A stretch of 64,000 bases of DNA from Eledone cirrhosa (taxonomy: Eukaryota), in the NCBI GenBank assembly GCA_964016885.1, contig OZ024742.1:97216001-97280000 (forward strand), read 5' to 3'. Position 1 is the stretch's first letter; every line of letters begins with the position of its first letter. The notes beneath the pieces are model-generated. The model had not been told where the DNA came from and searched no databases. It was given only the letters and a program-made list of their open reading frames with translations. Below, in pieces: positions 38,866 to 49,850 of the stretch. A program made the position numbers and the translations under genes.

Positions 38866-39505
38866 ACTTTTGATGTACTGAAGGCTTCTTTGGTTTATTT
38901 TTTATAATTTATAATATATATATATTCATACATTCATACATACATACATACTCACGTACATACACACATATATATATACATATATATAATATATATATAT
39001 ACACATACATATTCAAACGTACACATATCCAGACATACAGGCATACATACATATATACGATGCTGCTCCGAAAGCTCGAATAAGATCAACAATTTAGAAG
39101 ATGTTGACTTTTGGTGAAAAGCTATAAAAGGCTATTTTGTAAGATTAGTGTTGTTTACAAATCTGTGGTTTTCTTGTGAAAATCCTATCCACCTTGTAGC
39201 TTACAAAGTGTCTGTATAAAAGAAGTAATTATTTTGATTTATACAATAACATTTAATCTATTTTAACTTTTTAAATTACGCATCTTTTAAAAGTTTTGTT
39301 TATTAATTTTATATTTTTGGGGAGGGGGGGTATTTTACTTTGGAGAGTAAATACATTTATCTTAAATTTGACTGTAAACATTAAAAGGCACACACTTGCA
39401 CATATATATAACGTACATATATTTACGGTTTATATATATATATATATATATAATTATTTATGTATGTGTGTATGTACACACACACACATATATATACATA
39501 TATAT

Positions 39506-39557
<52 letters not shown>

Positions 39558-40042
39558 CTGTGTTTTGAATAAATATCTTGAGAGCTTTATACATTTTCTG
39601 TTTTAATTCATACGTTTTGTGTGATATAACAGGAAAATATTACAAGCAAAACTATATATATGATAATAAAATATTAAAAGCTATTTAAAATGTTTAATAT
39701 GATCTGGTATAGTTTTTGGTCTATCTTTTAACTGTGAAGATTTCTTTTTATATATTTGATACTTTATTTGAGTAGTTTAGTAGCCAAAATAGATTGCACA
39801 AAATATATTCCAGTTTCTTTTAACATATGAACATACACATACGCCTAAACTCACAGACACACAAACGTTATCTAAAATAAGGTGGTATTAAGTTTCAAAC
39901 CATGCATCTCTTTGTTCAAAGGTCTCGTGGATTGGGGGGTGACATAGTGATAGACAATAACAAGAAGAACAGCAACAAGCACGAGGTTATAAAAAGCCAA
40001 CCATCACTAATCAGGAATTTTACTTGATAGAGTTACGATTAG

Positions 40043-40312
40043 TGGCGTGTGGTGAGCTGACAGCATCGTTACAGCGTCGAACAAATGCGTAGAAGCATTT
40101 ATTGCGGTGTTTTACATTCTCAGTTCAAATCCCATCGAAATCAATTTTGTCTTTCATCTTTCCGAGGGGAAAGTCGATTAAATTAATTCAGCACTTTACG
40201 GGTCTTTAATTTATTAATCTCAGAATGATTAAAAGCAAAGTTTATTTCACCGGGATTAGAACTGGTAAAGAACAGTTTATCCGGCGCCCGAACGACTCTT
40301 CCAATCCACCAC
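40043..40312. mobile_element. two old SINE family A pieces in opposite orientation
   Basis: Degenerate A/B boxes on + (40043-40165) and on - (40170-40312). Confidence 0.65.
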
Positions 40313-40343
40313 CCTCTCCTGCGTATGGATGAATAAGTACACT

Positions 40344-41004
40344 TATTAATATTCGAAAAACTCAGATTACATTTATTGTATTTATGTAGGGCGAAAAGTC
40401 TTTTTTTTATTTCAATGTGGCAAAGCCGGCCATTTATTGCTCGTATACAGGAAACTGACTGGCCAGTCTGGTGAGATGCAAATCTGGCTGATAAGTGGAT
40501 CTGCTAATATGCAGATCTGACTGATCCGCGAGTGTGCTAATATGCAAATCAGGTCGATCAGTTACTGTATATTTTAGAAAATAGCATATATGTTCACTAG
40601 CTCTGACAGTTGGCTGGAGAACAGTGAGATGTACTGATGAAGGGTGATACCCAGAAACATTAGTGTCTACAGTTCTGCTTACATGCCAACACAAGAGCAA
40701 GCATGAAGGGTTCATTTTACTGACATGGCTTTAAAAATGAGGCTTGTTTGCATAATAATTGCAAACGAATCGAATGTTATTATTAATATTCAAAAATTGC
40801 TTTGACGCGTAGAGTTACGGCTCTTGCCATTCTGCGTTCAAATCCCGCCTAGGTTAACTTTGCCTTTCATCCTTACGGGGTTGATAAAATAAAGTACCAG
40901 TAATACACTTGGTAATTGCTGGCCTTGTGCCAAAAGTAGAAACAATTATTAATATTCAAAAAACTCAGATTACATTTATTGTATTCAGGCATTTAGAGCG
41001 AAAA
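40344..41004 (+). mobile_element. 437-bp unit plus ~55-nt terminal repeat with degenerate HHR; SINE inserted in the 3' repeat
   Basis: TATTAATATTCRAAAAACTCAGATTACATTTATTGTATT at 40344 and 40781/40948; CTGATGA-AGGGT GAT ACCC-AGAAAC at 40634-40658; ends in (TA)n. Confidence 0.7.
40797..40944 (+). mobile_element. 5'-truncated SINE family A with 18-bp TSD
   Basis: ATTATTAATATTCAAAAA at 40779-40796 and 40945-40962. Confidence 0.9.
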
Positions 41005-41030
41005 TTATATATATATATATAAATATATAT

Positions 41031-41132
41031 AGGAAAAAGTATGACCCCAACGGCAGAGCTCAAGCCGTTTCGACGGCTATTTCTGGACTCTGTGCGTTAT
41101 GGTCCCTCTGGTTCCTTACCACAATTCCTTTG

Positions 41133-41167
<35 letters not shown>

Positions 41168-41365
41168 AAAATGTATAACACCGACAGCAGAGCTCAAGCC
41201 GTTTCGACGACTATTTCTGATTCCAGAAAAAGCCGTCAAAACGGCTTGAGCTTTGCCGTCGGGGTTATACATTTTCCTATTACCCAATCTACCACCTTAA
41301 GTATTGAGTACTATGGTGCCTTATGGTCCATCTAGTTCCTTACCACACCTCCTTCGTTATATATA
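41031..41365 (+). mobile_element. two successive short fold-back/inverted-head insertions of one family in (TA)n
   Basis: 41031-41135 and 41165-41360 share the head AGGAAAA.GTAT.AC.CC.AC.GCAGAGCTCAAGCCGTTTCGACG and the tail TTATGGTCC.TCT.GTTCCTTACCACA. Confidence 0.85.
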
Positions 41366-41637
41366 TATAATTGGTGTTGGATGCTTAAAGCGTCCGTATG
41401 CGGTAGGCCGTATGAGAATTCAATGCCCTCGAGAAGCAGAGTATGATACCACAGAAAAAAGAGAATCAGTGTTGCGACGAAAGAAATTTATTGGACATAA
41501 TACAAATATTTCTCGGGCGACCAGCTCGATCGATATGAGGATCACCATATCGATAGTGCCTCGAGCTGGTCGCCGGAGAAACATTTGTCATATGTCCAAT
41601 AAATTCCTTTCATCGCAACACTGATTCTCTTTTTTCT

Positions 41638-41640
<3 letters not shown>
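41366..41640 (-). mobile_element. fold-back element in (TA)n with HHR-like remnant
   Basis: Arms 41450-41537 and 41546-41640; CAUAU...GAAAC AUUU GUC AUAUG, but no intact CUGANGA. Confidence 0.8.
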
Positions 41641-41710
<70 letters not shown>

Positions 41711-41715
<5 letters not shown>

Positions 41716-41787
41716 CAATGAAATAAACACAAAGAACAAGTTCTTTATATTAAAAAAGTAATCATTTTACGATCGTTTCTGGGATGT
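41711..41787 (-). mobile_element. short remnant carrying an HHR 3' half
   Basis: Minus strand GAAA-CGAUCG-UA (palindromic helix III) at 41768-41779; 3' end abuts (TA)n. Confidence 0.45.
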
Positions 41788-41901
41788 ATATGTGTGTTGG
41801 TATGTATATCATATAGATCTATGTGAAATTATTACAGATTATCAGAGGAAATAAATATACATACCTTCACATATACATGCCGTATTGACGGTGTATGTAT
41901 G

Positions 41902-41940
<39 letters not shown>

Positions 41941-41944
41941 ATGA

Positions 41945-42053
<109 letters not shown>

Positions 42054-42189
42054 TTAGAAAACGTAAGAGAAACACAAACAGAAAGACAGTTCCCACTCTT
42101 CGGCTATCTGCCTGTGTTTCTCTTACGTTTTCTAAACTATATTTATATATAGTGATCACTAATGATCATGGTTTTACACCCAGAAAGTT

Positions 42190-42392
42190 TCGCCTCTGAG
42201 GCACAGGGCTGGGCAAGGTTGGTTTGTGGAAGACCTGCAGTCGTCCACGTCACTGATGTTGTCCAAGGGAAAAGCAATGGCCGATACACCTTGGCGCCAG
42301 CTGAGTGAACTGGAGTAACGTGAAATGTTGTGCTCAAGGGCACAACATTTCAATTGAAAGCCCAACGCTCTGACTACGAAGCCTTGTGCCTA
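42190..42392 (-). mobile_element. SINE family B fragment
   Basis: CAGCTGAGTGAACTGGAG..GTGAAAT..TGCTCAAGG.CACAAC as at 29790-29850. Confidence 0.65.
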
Positions 42393-42423
42393 TACTAGAA
42401 ATAAATAAATAAATAAAGAGATA

Positions 42424-42699
42424 AAATAAAAATGGCTTAGACATACAATACAACAGGAGGAACATAATAGGGTCCACTGATGATGTTGCAAATGTGCAAC
42501 GAAAGAACTATTTTAGACTATATATATGTGTTTATATCTGTATTTTTGACCGTTGGTCAGTCAATGATAATCATTGAGGACCAAATGAATTAACTGTGGA
42601 GAGATAAAAGATACTGAAGCGAAAACCAACCGAACAGTGAGTGTGTTCTGTTATTATTTCTGGTAATATTATTACAACAATATGACCCTCCCCAAGTAT

Positions 42700-42704
<5 letters not shown>
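42424..42704 (+). mobile_element. ~280-bp HHR-like element ending in (TA)n
   Basis: CUGAUGA-U-GUUGCA aaug UGCAAC-GAAA-GAAC-UA at 42477-42510; paralogue at 22866. Confidence 0.75.
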
Positions 42705-42746
<42 letters not shown>

Positions 42747-42911
42747 AAGAATTTACATAATGAATATTGTTTATCTTGAGATGCTTCAAAATTTACTTTT
42801 CATTTCTAAATTTTATTACTTAAATGTTGATATGTTTGTATAAAACATATATTTTGGAATAATTATGAGAAAAAATACATCTTCATATTTATTGTTCTGA
42901 ATAAGAACAGC

Positions 42912-42945
42912 AGTAACCCGGGCAACGCCACGTCATTCAGCTAGT
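42912..42945 (+). mobile_element. possible Helitron 3' terminus
   Basis: CCCGGGCAACGCC.. degenerate GC hairpin about 10 nt before CTAG|T. Confidence 0.4.
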
Positions 42946-44339
42946 ACATACATACATATATATGTGTGTGTGTGTACACAAGTAAGCTGGCACGAAGTCA
43001 AGGTTGCACCATAAATGAACTTTATTCCATATGGTAATTGTTTCGATATCGATGAGTTCGGGGTTTGATCATGATATTTAGGGCCCGACTCTGCTACGAT
43101 ATCTAATCAGATAGGCGTTTGTAGACACAGAACACATTCTAACTGATGAAAACAGTCATGTGATCCCTTTATGTACACTTATTTGGGGTTGGGATGGAAG
43201 GAGAGTAATAACTAAATGAATAGACAAATTAGTAAGGAATAAAAAAAAAATACATTAAAATAACATACATAAGGAACTATGAGAAAATATATAAAGATAA
43301 TACATAAAATATATTAGAACGGAGAGAAATACAAAGTAAAGAGTAAAGAAGTAAAATAGGGATCAAATAAACCTTGCAATGATTGTCAACAACTAAAGCA
43401 GCAACAACAACAACAACAATCAAAAACTCATGGTGACGGTGTCTATGGCAGTAGTATGGCAGTGGATGAGATTGTGCCGCTTTGAAGACTGTTATACAGC
43501 CGAGTGAAGGGGCGAGTGGTTGCTAAGTGTTCTTGGATACCCGTGAAGACTCATTGATAGGGACAACTGACGGCGTACCAATTATCGATGTCTATATCTC
43601 GCTACAATGAGGTGGATGTCATACAAGAGTGACAGTGGTGGTGGCAGCGATTTCTACATCAATAGCTCCACCGGCAACAGCGACATTTCAATCCCATCAC
43701 CACAACCACCAACAACAAAAACAAAAATAACGACAATTACAAAAGCAACTACGACGACAGCATTAATAACACCAACAACAGTATTGAGCGCACCCACGAC
43801 TACGACTTCAGCAGCTGATGTCTCACTTTATGTTAGTGCATCCGTCGGCAGCTAATTCAGTATCATATTAAAATGTGCACTAAAAACCCGAGATATAAGA
43901 TAGATACATGCCTCTCCAAGAAAAAAAAAAGAAACAGGACAGTACAGTAGATATCACTTTGTGTTTTTTTTCCATATGAACTGTTATAAATATTTTATAA
44001 TTATGCAGTTTTTCTCAGCCGTTTACCGAATGCATGTATGTGTTAGTTCTCAGCCAATGTAAAGTGTAAAGTAGTTGGCCGTTATGCTACCTAATTTAAA
44101 GCACGCAATAACCAGCAGTTGATTTGTTTGAGAGATTTAATCGTACTGATATACAATGTTTTCACGAGGCATTGAGAGTCTAGTGGACATTAATTATAAG
44201 ATATATAATTGCACACCACATAATCATTTTTGCATTGTATCTATTATCTCTGTTCCTGTTTAATTTCGTTCAGTTGGAAGATGTATTGTTTTGGGCTAAA
44301 TTAGGTATGGTAAATTAGGAATATTTCACCGCTTTTATG

Positions 44340-45130
44340 ATGCCCCTAGGAAGTGTTTGCTAACCAAAGTGACGAATATCGTAGCGATGTTCATAGTAAC
44401 GTCGGAGTTTTGTCACGGAGTATTCCATGTAATGACATTATATCTACTTCTATAGAAGGATATTTTACTAAGCTAGATATAAAAATATATTGAGTGAATC
44501 CACTTCCTTTTAGGGTTTCGGTGTATTATTGGATATGGGCTCTAAACATCGGTTCGTTAGATGATAAACTAGAAATTCTAAACGATATATTCTTTTCTAA
44601 ATTCGTGCTTATAGATTTAGGCTTAATAGATAATAAATATATTTATATAACTGAGTGATGTATTTGATTTCATGTAAATGCGTGCAATTGTCACAAACAA
44701 AAGGTTAACGTTAACAATATCCTAGATTTGAAGGTGATTTTAATTTCACGTACTTCATTCCTATTTGTAATCTTAACATACTCGAAAGTCTTCTCTATCA
44801 AAGGTTTTTATGATGAAAACAAAATAGTTGAATGTCGAACTATATAAATCTAGTGATTTTCCTTACATTACTTGCTGTAATATTGAGCCAAGATATTACT
44901 GGAGTTATTTTAGGAATTATCCTACCTAAAATAAAAATTAATAATGCGTTATGTGTCTGGTTTAGTATGATTGATAGTACATATTCATGTACATTCTGTT
45001 TAAAATCCGCCTTTTAGTCTTTTAAAGTGAAATATAAGTCCGCAGGCCCCATTTATTCCTTAATTTCTGGTATTCAAATTTTGGTCGTCATAATTATTTA
45101 TCCAGAATTGTTTGTCTCGTTTAAATTCTT
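44340..45130 (-). mobile_element. decayed PLE RT fragment
   Basis: LYFTLKD*KADF, VISWLNI..RFI*FDI, SDVTM, colinear with the motifs at 61480-61900. Confidence 0.7.
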
Positions 45131-45289
45131 TTGATTTTTTTTCTGTAAGCAGAATGATTTCTTATTAATCGATGGTAATTGTTCTGATCAACGTGACATA
45201 TGGCATAATATACTGTTGACAATAGTTTCTTATCTCTCTCTCCCTCTCTATTTATTTATCTATCTTTCTATCGATCTATTTATCTTTAT

Positions 45290-45760
45290 ATACTATGGCA
45301 AAAGAGGTAATATGGTGGGCGAGGTTAAAAGGACTGAGGGCAAGTACCTTTCTCTCCGGACAACAACGCATCTCCTTTTTTAAGTACGATTTCAGAAGGT
45401 AGGTGAGAGTGGAGAGAGAGGCGCTACACCCCAGTAAATTCCCTGAAAAGTGGGTGAATGTGGCGAACATGGCCCGAGTGAATGGGCCTTCTCTGTATAT
45501 AAACCTGTAGGTTGAGGAAGACAAAGAGAGGGAAGACGGGAACACCTACAAAACGTGCTCCTGGTATTGAGGGTTGTTCTATCCACGGAGTGTAAAACAA
45601 CCCCACAGTAACGTTCCCCACCCCTATTGGGAATTCGATTGTTTTATTTTGTATATATTTTATTGTCATCCATTATTATTTTTAAAGATTTTATGTAAAA
45701 CCCCGCCGTCACGTCTTGTAATGTCCCATTTTTGTACGCCCCTGTGGCAAATAAAGAAAC
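45290..45760 (+). mobile_element. Tx1/L1-like LINE 3' fragment
   Basis: MAKEVIWWARLKGL, matching MAKEIVWWTRLKGL at 20297; ends AATAAAGAAAC. Confidence 0.8.
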
Positions 45761-46199
45761 ATAGCTATCTCTATATATATCAGTGTAGTATATTCTTTGT
45801 TGGTTTAACTCTGTGTAAGGAAGCAACAATATCGCAAAACGTTTTAAAATCTATTGTTATTACAATTATTTTTTATATTAATCCCTGAACATCCAGCAGC
45901 AGAAAATAGCATGGTTTAAATTATTTTTGTGTTAAATGAACTAGTTAACCTCAGCAGGATTTCAACTTAACAGGTAAAGCGACATTACAAAATACCTTGT
46001 GGCGTTTTATTCGGTGTTCACCCGATTCCGCCACCCAATGAAAGTATGTATATGTGGAGATGTGATTTGTGACGGAGTCGTAGGAGCGATATTGCCATGA
46101 CATAGGGCGTGTCTTCGACATTTTTAAACTAGCAGAACCTATCCACACTAGATGTCTGAACACAGCCAATTCATATAGAGATGAAGAAAGAGATTGAGA

Positions 46200-46390
46200 T
46201 ACAGGAATTAGGAAAAGGTGATGTTGCGTAGGAATCGACCCTAGTGCTGGACTGATACTTATTTAATAGACCTCGAAAGGATGAAAGGAAAAGTTGATCT
46301 CGACGAAATTTAAACTCAGAACACAGAGAGCCACAATGGATATCGATCAGCATTCTATCCGATGTCTTAACGAATCTACAAATTCACCGT
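46200..46390 (-). mobile_element. old SINE family A
   Basis: AAGGATGAAAGG.AAAGTTGA..AAACTCAG. Confidence 0.75.
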
Positions 46391-47339
46391 TTTCTAATGA
46401 AAATAACAAATTAAAATAAATAAATGAACAGAAATAATGAACGGTCTTCAACACAAAGTCATTCTGTTTCTACAAGAAACCTAATGTCTTTTCTAAATAA
46501 TTAAACGTCTTCATGTATTATTTGTCCTTCACTTCTGCTGTCGATGTCTCTCAACATGATTATTATATTGGCTTTAATAAGACAGCTCATTATTTCTGTA
46601 GTCTGTTTATTTTCGTTGATAGTATCAATAATTATTAATGTTTAAGTGTTTCATGAATTAGCAAGGTTTCTCTAGTGTTTTCGATCAATTGTGACCTTGT
46701 CATCTGCTGGGCTGAGATTTCGATGTTGCTGTTGCAGCCCTTGGCTTCGATTCTTCCGGATTACCACTAAATACATACATTTAGTTGAAAGCATTCACAT
46801 GGCTGCCAATTCAATACCTCGTTTTCTTAATTAATATTGATTTCTGGTTTGTTGCAAATATTGCATGGAAAGGGAAATTCCTTGAATTAGTGTTTCGAGT
46901 ACTAGACGCAAGATTACAAAGTTGTAGGTTCGATGCCTGGACATGGTGGCTCGTTATATCTTTGCGATTGATGTTTCATTTAATGACTCTCCAGTCTACT
47001 CAGCTTTGAAACAATTAGTATCATCAGCAGCAGCAGCATGTTAAGCTCTTGTACAGACTAGTGTACGTCCAAAGTAAAACCTTTTATGATAGACCTGGGT
47101 CCCTTATTATTAAAACACACGAGACATTTCTTTAAAAAATGGAGCCTCGGAGGATGTCAGCTAAGCATATACAGATGTGAGTTCTAGCAAAATCCGCAAT
47201 GAAAAAGGCAATTAACAAGTAGGACAGAGCCTAGGTTTTTCAAACCCTTCATGGTGAGCCCTGGAAACCTATCTCTGAGCTCGATCAGGTGAACTATAAC
47301 TAACTGGTATCAACTCACACACAAGTTAAAGGACGGTCA

Positions 47340-48140
47340 ATGGATATCACCAAACGTCGAAATAATATGTCCGGTAGATTGTACTCGAATAGTTGTCATT
47401 GTCAATCGTGATATATAAATGGTAGCACCATCTTCTTGCATCAATATGTGAGTCGAACAAAGCTTTTGTTTCTCAGAAATGAAAATATGGTGTGCGTATA
47501 TTTGTAGCGCCCAAAAGTGTCTATGACAGCTGCACTAGGTTCGTCCTTAGAGAAACGCAGAGACCAGTCACAAATGTTTGCGTCACTGCACACCACACTA
47601 TTAACTTTACAATGCACACATGCTTTTCATGTACTGTTTGTGGGTTTGGTTGACCTACAAACCTACACATTATTTAACATAACTAGAAAGACGTAAATGA
47701 GCTTCATCTGATAAGTCAAGTGCTGCATAAACTCTTCTTCCATTCTGCACATGTTGAGAGCCAAGTCAGTAAAAGTCTTTCTCTGCACCTTATCTGGTGG
47801 AAGCAATTTCTACACTAACTGCACCTTATAGAGATACAGATGCCCGTCATCTTCCATGTTTTTGTAAAGACTGGTAAGTGGAACGCTAAGCTGTTGAACC
47901 AATCAATGGGTCAAACCGGGGAACATTTCTTATTGGCATTACCTGTTTCACAGATGTGTGTAACAGCACACAAGGTCACCCTTCGGGATGGTGCCTGATG
48001 GTGTCTAAAATGCTGTCGGAATTTCAATTGATCAGCAATGATGGAGCTTTGTTTAGTGAAGTATGTTTTTACTAAATATGCAATTTCTATTGGATTCTAC
48101 TATCCCCAAAATGGAAATCAGATATCTGTTGAAACTATAC
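47340..48140 (-). mobile_element. Tc1/mariner-superfamily transposase remnant
   Basis: LVKTYF..QLKFRQHF, LYKVQLV, SDEAHLRLSSYV, KLIVWCAV, MQEDGAT with stops and frameshifts. Confidence 0.75.
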
Positions 48141-48620
48141 AAAAATTAACTCCGCAGCATAAATAAAATAGACAGATGACCTTTTTCTTGAGAGGTACCA
48201 ATAAAATATGTCCCAGTATATATATATATATATATAAAGGAGATCAATATCCCCACAGGTACTAAGTACCTCTGGAAATATATAGGGTGTCTATGGTACA
48301 GTGGTTGTTCTAAGGTATTAATTTGACTTACCAAAACTATAAAATTGGGGGTCTGCAGTCAGTGAGCCACTTTTATGTAAAAGAGGCCAAATCCCATAGT
48401 GTTCCGAAGCTTTTTTTTTGCAAATTTAAAGAAAGTTTTAGGATATTTGTTTATGTTTTCTATAGACCTGGCTACACTTTCTGCCCTCTTCAGTTAACTT
48501 TCAAATGATTCATTCTTGTTGTTATTTGATTATGTAGCCTGTCTGAATTTTCGTTCTCCGTCTCATAAGGATTTTTCAGTCTCTCGGAATGATATGTTTG
48601 CACCTGTCTGTATATATATA

Positions 48621-49080
48621 TAAGGAAAAAAGATGAAATCGAAAATGCAACTGGAGTTTTATTAAAAATATTTATTTGATTCCTTTACCGGTTTCGCAGT
48701 TCTTGTGCTTTTCAAAAGTAGAATTGAGATGGAGGATTTGTGGTGAGAAAAACTACAAACCCTCCATCTCAATTCTACTTTTGAAAAGCATAAGAACTGT
48801 GAAACCGGTAAAGGAAACAAATAAATATTCTTGAAAAGACTCCAGTTGCATTTTCGATTTCATCTTTTTTCCTTTACTTTCACTCGTGTAGGACATCTCG
48901 TTTTTTTTTCATTTTCAAATATATATATATATAAAGAAAAAGAGATGAAATCGAAAATGCAACTGAAGTCTTATTTTTTTTTTAAATATATATATTTATT
49001 TGGTTCCTTTACCGGTTTCGCAGTTCTTCTGCTTTTCAAAAGGTGAGTTGAGATGGAGGGTCTGTGGTTTTTCTCACATC
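48621..49080. mobile_element. fold-back HHR element (48621-48920) plus a third copy (48933-49080, minus) in (TA)n
   Basis: Arms 48621-48744 and 48752-48874 are reverse complements; each copy carries the UUGAAAA-core HHR. Confidence 0.9.
49006..49043 (-). ncRNA. minimal hammerhead ribozyme, U3-A8 core variant
   Basis: CCUU-UUGAAAA-GCAG AAGAA CUGC-GAAA-CCGG-UA-AAGG, all helices perfectly paired; also at 48682-48719 (-) and 48777-48814 (+). Confidence 0.8.
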
Positions 49081-49213
49081 TGGTTGGTCTCTGAATGTTA
49101 CTTGTTTTATATGGGAAAAGTGGCTCGAAATTCCAGGTTTTTCGAGAAGTAATTTGATTGGTTTGTCAATAATTATAATAAATTTCGCGCCAGTTCGCGT
49201 CATATATATATAT

Positions 49214-49807
49214 AAAGGAGATCAATATCCCCACAGTTACTAAGTACCTCTGGAAATATACAGGGCGTCTATGGTACAGTGGTTGTTCTATGGTATTAAT
49301 ACAAGAACTATAAAATTGAGATAAGCGGAGCAAGCAAGATTCAAACAATTTTTTTAAATAAATAAAAAAATATAATTTAAATATTCACTATTCCATTTGC
49401 TTTTACCGACGGTTTCATATCACAAAAGATCGGAAATCCTAGGGACTTCCAATGGAAATGTTCGGATCTTCAGAAAGCATTTTCCCTACCTAGGACGTAA
49501 AGTCCCAGGAACAGCAAAATACATTACCATCTGCCAGCTAGCACAGGATCGAATGAGGCCGTAAACTTGACCTGTGCATGAACCAGCCCTTAGTAGAAGC
49601 GGAAGTAAACATAGACGTGTTGTCTATGACGCCACGAAAAATAGCAGCTAAATCAAACAACGGATTTGTTCTCTACATAACGGAGAAACGGAGAATATAT
49701 AAAAAGGAGATCAATATCCCCACAGGTACTAAGTACTTCTGGAATAGGTGAATATTTGAATTATACTTTTTAATTTATTTAAAAAAATTGCTTGCTCCGC
49801 TTATCTC

Positions 49808-49812
<5 letters not shown>
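49214..49812 (-). mobile_element. retrozyme-like 489-bp unit + ~42-nt redundancy + inverted head, in (TA)n
   Basis: AAAGGAGATCAATATCCCCACAG.TACTAAGTAC.TCTGGAA at 49214 and 49703 (and 48236); 49740-49812 is an inverted copy of about 49313-49395. Confidence 0.88.
49398..49479 (-). ncRNA. type I hammerhead ribozyme with long, irregular domain II
   Basis: UGCUUU-CUGAAGA-(50 nt incl. GGAAGUCC cua GGAUUUCC)-GAA-ACC GUC GGU-A-AAAGCA. Confidence 0.7.

Positions 49813-49850
<38 letters not shown>

Larger units (their letters stand above)
35293..38909 (-). mobile_element. 5'-truncated Penelope-like element with inverted 5' pseudo-LTR, inserted in (TA)n
   Basis: 38781-38909 is the reverse complement of 35397-35525 (129 bp, one mismatch seen); RT/GIY-YIG ORF inside; about 1.9-kb AT-rich 3' region; TA repeats at both ends. 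Confidence 0.92.
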
